Assembly (NCBI GenBank): GCA_046497275.1
Contig: JAWOFX010000077.1
Coordinates: forward strand, 1 to 12,161
Reading direction: 5' to 3'
Length of the DNA: 12,161 bases
Source of the DNA: Promethearchaeia archaeon
GTDB taxonomy: Archaea; Asgardarchaeota; Lokiarchaeia; Sigyniarchaeales; SOKP01
The position numbers were made by a program, and so were the translations under genes. The notes beneath the pieces are model-generated. The model had not been told where the DNA came from. It did no database searches and saw only the letters and a list, made by a program, of their open reading frames with translations. Below are positions 1 through 5,984 of the stretch, piece by piece; the stretch's first letter is position 1, and every line of letters starts with the position of its first letter.

Positions 1-639
1 CAGGTACTGCTGGACAAGGAGTGATTACATTAAAAAGGCTTATCGAATTTGCTGCTCAGAAAAGTGGAATTGAGTTAGTCCTTGGAAGTGAATCTTAATA
101 TTTAATTAAAATATGAGCACTCTATGCATGGTCTAGCTCAACGAGAAGGAGCAATAACAAGTCATACTCGATATCAGAAGAAAGCTTTCGAGGATCCTCG
201 TAAGAATTTACAATCACCTCTAATCTGTTATGGAGATGCAGATTTATATATTTGTTTTGAACCAGTGGAATCATTAAGAAGAGGAATTTTTGCTTCGAAC
301 AAAACGACATTTGTTTTAAATGAAAGGACAATTCCAGGGGTAATGATTACTGCTGATTTGGAAAACTATCCTTCCTTAGAACATATTAAAAAAATATTGA
401 AAAAAAACTCTAAAAATGTTTATTTCATGAACGCAACTCAATTAAGCTTAGATACTTTTGGTAATAATCAACAATTAAATATTATCATGTTGGGCTTCGC
501 TATTGCAACAGGTAAATTGCCTTTTATTAAGATTAAACATTATGAAGAAGTTATTAGGGAATGGTTGAGAGATCCAGAAAAAAATATTCGGGCTCTTCAT
601 TTAGGAATTGAGAAAGGAAACCAAATCATTTCTTCTTAA
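1..639 (+). CDS. iorB: Indolepyruvate:ferredoxin oxidoreductase beta subunit (2-oxoacid oxidoreductase gamma-like domain); 5'-partial and split into exon 1 (<1-92) and exon 2 (124-639)
   Basis: The frame starting at nt 3 reads GTAGQGVITLKRLIEFAAQKSGIELVLGSE, matching the IorB N-terminal GxGGQG motif. The ORF at 124 continues MHGLAQREGAITSHTR...SPLICYGDADLYICFEPVESLR...NIIMLG, matching the family pattern ExHGxAQRxGxxxSHxR...SPLI..G.AD....FEP.E.LR. The two parts are in different frames and join when 93-123 is removed. The start codon lies upstream of the window. Confidence 0.88.
93..123 (+). other. Putative 31-nt bulge-helix-bulge (tRNA-endonuclease-type) intron in iorB
   Basis: Insert TCTTAATATTTAATTAAAATATGAGCACTCT contains in-frame TAA (96-98) and shifts the frame. 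The central 4-bp helix AGUG(87-90)/CACU(118-121) is flanked by 3-nt bulges AAU(91-93) and CUA(122-124). Inner stem is 94-103/109-117; outer exon-exon stem is 70-86/125-141. Cleavage after the second nt of each bulge (92|93 and 123|124) gives GAA-ATG-CAT = E-M-H. Confidence 0.85.
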
Positions 640-678
640 TAGTAACTTTATTAAATTTGTTGATTTAAAAATTTAAAA

Positions 679-1638
679 TTAATTCGATTCAATTCTTAAA
701 TATTGAATGGTATTTTTTTCAAATGAAAATTGATTTCTCTTCATCGAAATTATTTTAATTAAAGGAAGAAAATTTGCTAAAAAAAGAGAGATTCCACGAA
801 TAGGAATATTATTTAATAAAAATTTTACAAATTGGCAATCAAAAAATCCAAACCTGTCCCTCATTCTATTTACCAATCCTATTTTTGAGGACTCTAAATA
901 CAAGAAATCTGAATTCAGTACATTGTCTGCTTCTTTGAAAATTGTGATACCCTTTTTATATAGAGGGATCCCCCCATCAATCATGCAGGGCAGATCTCCA
1001 ACTATTCCTTTTACACCATAAAATGGTGGTACTTTAAAATAATTCTCTTGGGAAAAAGAAGCTAGTATAAATTCTGGATTTTTTTCATGAACTGTGATGG
1101 GAATTGCTTTTCTCTTACTCCTTTTTTCTTTATTGTTTTTATCGAAAATAGTTCTCTTATTTTTTATGATAAGATCAAAAGGCTGTCCTCCTCTCGCTCT
1201 AATCGCATCATTTTCTGTTCTTATTTCTAGATGAAGATGTGGACTTGACCAGTAAGAAAAATATCCATTTCTTATAGTTGTTCCTAAGATATCTCCAATC
1301 TCTATATGGTCGCCAACCTTCACGATAGGATTTATATGGAGTGTTTTAAAAATCCTTTCTGGATGGTCTCTATTCTGAATTAAGATAAGATACTCCTTAT
1401 CGATACCATCTTTAAACTTAGGTTTTGGAGCTTTAAGCTCTTTAATTTGAAAAATTTTGCCTTCAATAGGGCTTAGAGCTTCATAATTTTCTAAAGAAAT
1501 ATTTTGATATATATCCACAGCAAGGGCATGTTGGTGAGCATAGTAGGGAGATGTACCAAGACTAAAATGGCTATTTTCTAAAATAGATACACGTAATTCT
1601 CCCATTCTGATAATATCATAAAAATTTTCTTTCGACAT
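679..1638 (-). CDS. Peptidase M23/LytM-like fold protein (uncharacterised archaeal type)
   Basis: 319 aa. Motifs AHQHALAVDIY (H..D), SPIEGKI, TLHINPIVKVGDHIEIGDILG and PHLHLEIR (HxH) follow the M23 metallopeptidase layout. No obvious signal peptide. Confidence 0.65.
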   Translation of the reverse strand: MSKENFYDIIRMGELRVSILENSHFSLGTSPYYAHQHALAVDIYQNISLENYEALSPIEGKIFQIKELKAPKPKFKDGIDKEYLILIQNRDHPERIFKTLHINPIVKVGDHIEIGDILGTTIRNGYFSYWSSPHLHLEIRTENDAIRARGGQPFDLIIKNKRTIFDKNNKEKRSKRKAIPITVHEKNPEFILASFSQENYFKVPPFYGVKGIVGDLPCMIDGGIPLYKKGITIFKEADNVLNSDFLYLESSKIGLVNRMRDRFGFFDCQFVKFLLNNIPIRGISLFLANFLPLIKIISMKRNQFSFEKNTIQYLRIESN

Positions 1639-1780
1639 TTCAAATATTATAAAGATTAATTAAAGATTTAATTTCAGATTTAAACAAATTTTATTATAGG
1701 TGTTAAACATTAGATAAAATTAAAGATCTAAATAAAAATTAAACAGTAGCATTAAAAATCTCTCTTATTTAATTTTAATA

Positions 1781-2557
1781 ATGGCTCCCGTAATAGAAAA
1801 AATTCAAGAGAAAAACAATCAGAAAAAAGAACTAGTAACCCGAAATTTTGACGTAGAATATCATCCCGAAAAACTATTAATAGATGTAGATAAATCAGAA
1901 TCAAGCACAGTGTTTTTAATCCTCATATATTTTTTTATCTTGGATACTCTAGATTTATTTATAGCAATACAAATTAATTTAATTCTATTAGGAATATTTT
2001 CAGTAATATTTGATATAATTATATTGGTATTTCTATATTCTGGATATTCAAATTATAAAGATCTAAACATAAAATGGATATTTAATAAATCAATAGAGAA
2101 ACTGGAGATTTATAGAAAATCCTCCCGAATTGATGAGAGAAATACGTTATCATTTCAAAATATTGAAGCAATTACCCTTTCAGAAAATTTATATATAAAT
2201 GATCGATTTTTTGTCTCTCTCATAACTAAAAAGCATAAGAAACAGAAGATATGTAATGGAAAGAGGGAAGAATGTTATGATGTTGCTAAAAATTTATCTG
2301 AGTTTCTGAATAAACCAATAATACAAAGAAATTTCTATGATAAATCTCTTATAGCGATCAGCTCCTCTTTATTTCTTTCTATCTCAATATTTTTCATTCT
2401 ATTCTTTTTCATCTCAATACAATTAATCTTTCAGTATATTTTCTTTCTAACACTCAAAACAATTATTATTTTATGTATCTTACGAATTATTTTCCTATTT
2501 AAGGAACACATTAAAGCGAAAAACCATTATTTCAAAATGCTTAGAAAATTATCATAA
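1781..2557 (+). CDS. Hypothetical integral membrane protein (2 TM, soluble domain, 2 TM)
   Basis: 258-aa ORF with hydrophobic segments at about aa 44-87 and 190-240 around a charged soluble region. No family confidently recognised. Confidence 0.7.
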   Translation: MAPVIEKIQEKNNQKKELVTRNFDVEYHPEKLLIDVDKSESSTVFLILIYFFILDTLDLFIAIQINLILLGIFSVIFDIIILVFLYSGYSNYKDLNIKWIFNKSIEKLEIYRKSSRIDERNTLSFQNIEAITLSENLYINDRFFVSLITKKHKKQKICNGKREECYDVAKNLSEFLNKPIIQRNFYDKSLIAISSSLFLSISIFFILFFFISIQLIFQYIFFLTLKTIIILCILRIIFLFKEHIKAKNHYFKMLRKLS

Positions 2558-2620
2558 AGAATTTCATATCCAATTTAATTTTTAAATTAATAAAAAAAAT
2601 TGAAGAAAGGGCTCTAATAT

Positions 2621-4333
2621 ATGGATCTTAGTGGATATATCGGCAAAAGAGAGCAAAATCAACTTTTTATGCTTTTTTTAGCTTTTATTGTATTTTTATT
2701 CTCTCTTACAATTCTTCAATTCCATCGATCCCAGTCTTATCAATCATATCAACAAGTTGATTTAAATCATGCCGGGGCGACTATTTATGCTAATATTTAT
2801 TACCCTATTAATGATATAGAATTTCAAGAAAAAAAACCTTTAGTGATTTATGTGCACGGATTTGCTAATGATAGAAATTTCGATATCCATTTTCCAATAG
2901 AATTAGTTAAACGTGGCTTCATAGTTGCAACATTAGATTATCATGGTCATGGTCAAAGTGGAGGAACTATGTTTGATATTAATCCAGAAACGGGTCGACC
3001 AGCTATTTATGAAGATGTATCCAAATTACTTGATCTTCTTGAAAATCTTCCAATATATAGCTCAGATATTAATTCTTCTCAAATCGGACTAGTTGGTCAT
3101 TCTCTTGGAGGAGCAATTGCATTAATGACAAATATACTAGACAAAAGAATCAATACAACTGTCGCATTGGCCCCACTTGTGAATCAAGGAGTGATTTCTC
3201 ATCCTAATTTTATCAATCATATGCCTGTAGATCACCTAAATCAGACAAATACTAAAAACTTGTTGATACTAGCACATAAAGATGATACCCTCCTTGATTA
3301 TAGAGAGCATGCCTTAGTTGCCAAGAATTTAACTGGGTGTAATCTCTCTCTTTACGAAGAGCCTATGCTTGGGGATGCACATTCAATGCTCAGTTCTAAT
3401 GTAATAAAAGAAATGATAACTTGGATAGAATTTAATTTTTTTGGGTTTGTAAATGGCCCGATTATCATATCATACTTTTTTTCCTATATTTTTCTTGGAA
3501 TAAGTATGCTTCTTCTATTTATTATTATTTTTCTTATAATTTCTCTCGCCGCAAATTTCTTCTCATTTGAAAAGATAAAAGTGGAAAGGATAATTTTAAA
3601 AGAAAAAGAGAAATACCGTAATAAAGAAAAAATATTACGAATATTAGCGATATTTCTTAATTCTGGAATCTTTCTTACGATATGGATATTATTTTCAAAT
3701 TATTTTCGATTAAGTGGGATTTTCATTTCTTCCTTTCTATTATTAGGAATTTATACCTTTGCATATCTTTTCCTATACTGGAATAAAAACAAAAGATCAT
3801 TTAATAAAGAGTTTAAATTGAAAAAAAAGATCAAAAAACGACTCAAACAAGAATTGAAGATTAATTGTTTTATGTATGGGATTTTTTCCTCCGCAATTTT
3901 TCAAATATTTTATGTGATTTTTACTGTTTCATATCCCTTTGCATTTGTATGGCCAACTAACTTACGTGTAATCCTTGTGGGCTTTACTATATTCCCTATT
4001 TTTCTTTCATTTGAGATGTTTTATCGAGGGACAATATACCCCTTATTAGATTTTTTGGATTCAGAAAGACTTAAAGCTAAAATTATTATTATACTCTCAA
4101 TTATCATTCAATTTTTAATTATTTATCTTAGTAGAATTTGGGTCTTCATACCAACCTTACTTGTTGCATATCTAATATTTCTGGTTGTAATTATCATAAA
4201 TACTCTATTTTATGAAAGAAATAAGTCCATTTCTATTCGCTTTATGTTTTCAGTTGATTTACTTTTCTTTTTTTTCGGTTCAGCGATTACAACAGTACTT
4301 GGTCTTGATGTAGCGATCTATTTACTGCTATAA
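2621..4333 (+). CDS. Membrane-anchored alpha/beta-fold serine hydrolase with multi-TM C-terminal region
   Basis: 570 aa. N-terminal TM, then PLVIYVHGF, GFIVATLDYHGHGQS, nucleophile elbow GHSLGG, candidate Asp (HKDDTLL) and His (DAHSML), followed by many hydrophobic helices. Confidence 0.85.
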   Translation: MDLSGYIGKREQNQLFMLFLAFIVFLFSLTILQFHRSQSYQSYQQVDLNHAGATIYANIYYPINDIEFQEKKPLVIYVHGFANDRNFDIHFPIELVKRGFIVATLDYHGHGQSGGTMFDINPETGRPAIYEDVSKLLDLLENLPIYSSDINSSQIGLVGHSLGGAIALMTNILDKRINTTVALAPLVNQGVISHPNFINHMPVDHLNQTNTKNLLILAHKDDTLLDYREHALVAKNLTGCNLSLYEEPMLGDAHSMLSSNVIKEMITWIEFNFFGFVNGPIIISYFFSYIFLGISMLLLFIIIFLIISLAANFFSFEKIKVERIILKEKEKYRNKEKILRILAIFLNSGIFLTIWILFSNYFRLSGIFISSFLLLGIYTFAYLFLYWNKNKRSFNKEFKLKKKIKKRLKQELKINCFMYGIFSSAIFQIFYVIFTVSYPFAFVWPTNLRVILVGFTIFPIFLSFEMFYRGTIYPLLDFLDSERLKAKIIIILSIIIQFLIIYLSRIWVFIPTLLVAYLIFLVVIIINTLFYERNKSISIRFMFSVDLLFFFFGSAITTVLGLDVAIYLLL

Positions 4334-4358
4334 ATATAATAAGGTATTTAAGAGGAGT

Positions 4359-4868
4359 TTACGATCTTTTGATAACTTTAACTAATCCTTTTTCTCTAAG
4401 TTTATTCATCATTTCTTCCAGTTCATTTAGATCTTTTTGAGCAATCTCTGCTACTTGTTCTAAAGTATTCATTCCATCACAAATTTTTAAGATTTTAAAC
4501 TCCTCTTGTGTGAGCATTCCCAAATGGACTGACATTTCTGGGACGTCTTTCACCACGATTGGTATGCGCACTGGAGCTCCAGATTCAGGGGCTTCTAAAT
4601 CATCCAATGATGGAGCATCTCCAAAAAATGATTTCACACCGGTAACATTATAGTTTTGATCAATATATACAAAAATTGCATGTTCATTTATACTTGGATC
4701 ATCAAGCTCATCTGGGTCAGGGTATGGATTGGTATGCTTATATTCTTTTGTATATATTCCCATTTCTAAGCCTTGTTGAATTTCATCTTTATCTACCTTT
4801 AATGGAATCATTTCATGGCAAATATCACACCAAGCGAACACTTCTATCAAGGAAAAGTATTTTTTCAC
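4359..4868 (-). CDS. Hypothetical protein with N-terminal CxxC/His domain and C-terminal winged helix-turn-helix
   Basis: 169 aa from GTG; the true start may be ATT at 4883. N-terminal WCDICH with later His residues (KHTN, EHAIFVYID). C-terminal LTQEEFKILKICDGMNTLEQVAEIAQKDLNELEEMMNKLREKGLVKV is wHTH-like. Confidence 0.75.
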   Translation of the reverse strand: MKKYFSLIEVFAWCDICHEMIPLKVDKDEIQQGLEMGIYTKEYKHTNPYPDPDELDDPSINEHAIFVYIDQNYNVTGVKSFFGDAPSLDDLEAPESGAPVRIPIVVKDVPEMSVHLGMLTQEEFKILKICDGMNTLEQVAEIAQKDLNELEEMMNKLREKGLVKVIKRS

Positions 4869-4889
4869 TTTACTTTGTGGAATAAACTT

Positions 4890-4896
4890 TCACCTC
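4890..4896 (-). promoter_or_regulatory. Shine-Dalgarno site GAGGTGA for the wHTH gene
   Basis: Plus-strand TCACCTC (4890-4896) reads GAGGTGA on the minus strand, an archaeal consensus SD, 6 nt upstream of in-frame ATT at 4883. Confidence 0.6.
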
Positions 4897-5100
4897 AAAT
4901 TATTAACATTTTCAACAAATAATTATAGATTAATTAAAGGAATCTAGATATAAATATGTATAGAAATTATGGATTAATAGAACTAAAAACCGAATCTGAT
5001 TTGAATAAATCCCAGATAAAATGAAAAAAAATTAAAGTTATACTTAATTTTATTCTTTAAGTTTTAACTATTATACAAATATAAAATTTGTAGATCAAAA

Positions 5101-5271
5101 ATGAGTAAGATTAATAAATGTTCATGCTGCGGAAGACCTATAACCCCATACGAATCCGCAGTTCATTTTCCGTGTCCCAATTGCGGAGATGTGACTATTT
5201 GGAGATGCGAGGCATGCCGAGAGCGTGGAAAGACGTATCGTTGTCTGAAATGTGAATTTGTAGGACCTTGA
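5101..5271 (+). CDS. HVO_2753/DUF1610-family zinc-finger protein (56 aa; absent from ORF track)
   Basis: Manual translation MSKINKCSCCGRPITPYESAVHFPCPNCGDVTIWRCEACRERGKTYRCLKCEFVGP*. It has four CxxC motifs, the family signatures F.CPNCG, I.RC..CR, Y.C..C.F.GP, and the usual position directly upstream of EF-1beta. Confidence 0.93.
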   Translation: MSKINKCSCCGRPITPYESAVHFPCPNCGDVTIWRCEACRERGKTYRCLKCEFVGP

Positions 5272-5337
5272 AATGATAAAACTTGTTAATTCAAATATAA
5301 TATTATAAAATTATGGAAATGAAAGAGGATATATAAA

Positions 5338-5604
5338 ATGGGTGAATATGTCGCATTAATTGATGTAATACCTGAAGAAATCGAGACTGATTTTAATAAT
5401 CTTGTTGATAAATTGGCTAAAACACTTCCCGAAACTTGTAAGATTGCCCATCATGAAATAATGCCAGTTGCTTTTGGATTGAAAAAAGTGAGATTACGAG
5501 TTAGATATCCTGAAGAGTGGGGCGGAACAGACAGGATTGAAGAGCTTTTTAAACAAGTAAATGGCCTTCAAGGAGTAGAAGGTATCGCGTTTTCTAAAGC
5601 ATAA
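5338..5604 (+). CDS. ef1b: Translation elongation factor aEF-1beta
   Basis: 88 aa with the PVAFGLKK signature and GGTDRIEE. SD-like GAGGA at 5325-5329. Confidence 0.95.
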   Translation: MGEYVALIDVIPEEIETDFNNLVDKLAKTLPETCKIAHHEIMPVAFGLKKVRLRVRYPEEWGGTDRIEELFKQVNGLQGVEGIAFSKA

Positions 5605-5699
5605 GAAATAAAAAAAGAATTTGACATCAGATCATTCTAGAAATCCCTGTTTTTACAAATGATGTATATTATTCTATAATTGTTTTTTATTCCTTCTTT

Positions 5700-5840
5700 T
5701 TATATTATACAATTTTTATGGCAGTAAAAAGATTTTTTAGGTGCAAATTTTCCTTTATGAAATTCTCCAAGGGAGATTACAACCTCTTTAGATAAATCCT
5801 GCTTTTCAATTTTTTCTTTACATATTTCACATCTTATCAT
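5700..5840 (-). CDS. Small putative zinc-binding protein, CxxC...HxxC (46 aa; absent from ORF track)
   Basis: Manual translation MIRCEICKEKIEKQDLSKEVVISLGEFHKGKFAPKKSFYCHKNCII*. ATG at 5840, TAA at 5702-5700, SD-like GTTGATGAG just upstream. It occupies an otherwise empty 380-bp gap. Confidence 0.7.
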   Translation of the reverse strand: MIRCEICKEKIEKQDLSKEVVISLGEFHKGKFAPKKSFYCHKNCII

Positions 5841-5984
5841 ATTCTCATCAACTAATTATTCAGAAATTTAACAACCATATTATTAACAGAATTATTTAAA
5901 TTCCTCTAAATTTCTAAAATCTTAACTAAAAAGATCTTCAATTAACAGAATAAAAATAAATGACCAAAATTAATAATATAATAA

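Noticed and set aside
1-98. Reading 3-98 as the C-terminus of an upstream iorA gene ending at TAA 96-98
   Set aside because: The peptide GTAGQGVITLKRLIEFAAQKSG...GSE matches the IorB N-terminus and continues directly into the motif at 124.
93-123. TCT at both ends of the insert as a target-site duplication or transposon footprint, making iorB a pseudogene
   Set aside because: Removing 28 nt between the repeats leaves an extra residue (GSESMHG) in a motif of fixed E-x-H spacing. There are no IS ends or transposase, exon 2 is intact, and BHB geometry independently predicts the 31-nt excision. It is not formally excluded without RNA data.
93-126. Stop-codon readthrough, selenocysteine or ribosomal frameshifting to explain the iorB split
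   Set aside because: The stop is TAA rather than TGA/TAG, and any recoding would insert about 10 extra residues into a conserved motif; clean removal of the insert fits better.
122-331. 69-aa minus-strand ORF
   Set aside because: Antisense shadow of iorB with no recognisable features.
4676-4885. 69-aa plus-strand ORF
   Set aside because: Antisense to the better-supported wHTH gene.
5273-5336. Tiny ORFs between the DUF1610 gene and ef1b (MIKLVNSNIIL*, MEMKEDI*)
   Set aside because: Too short and expected by chance; the second simply overlaps the ef1b SD sequence.
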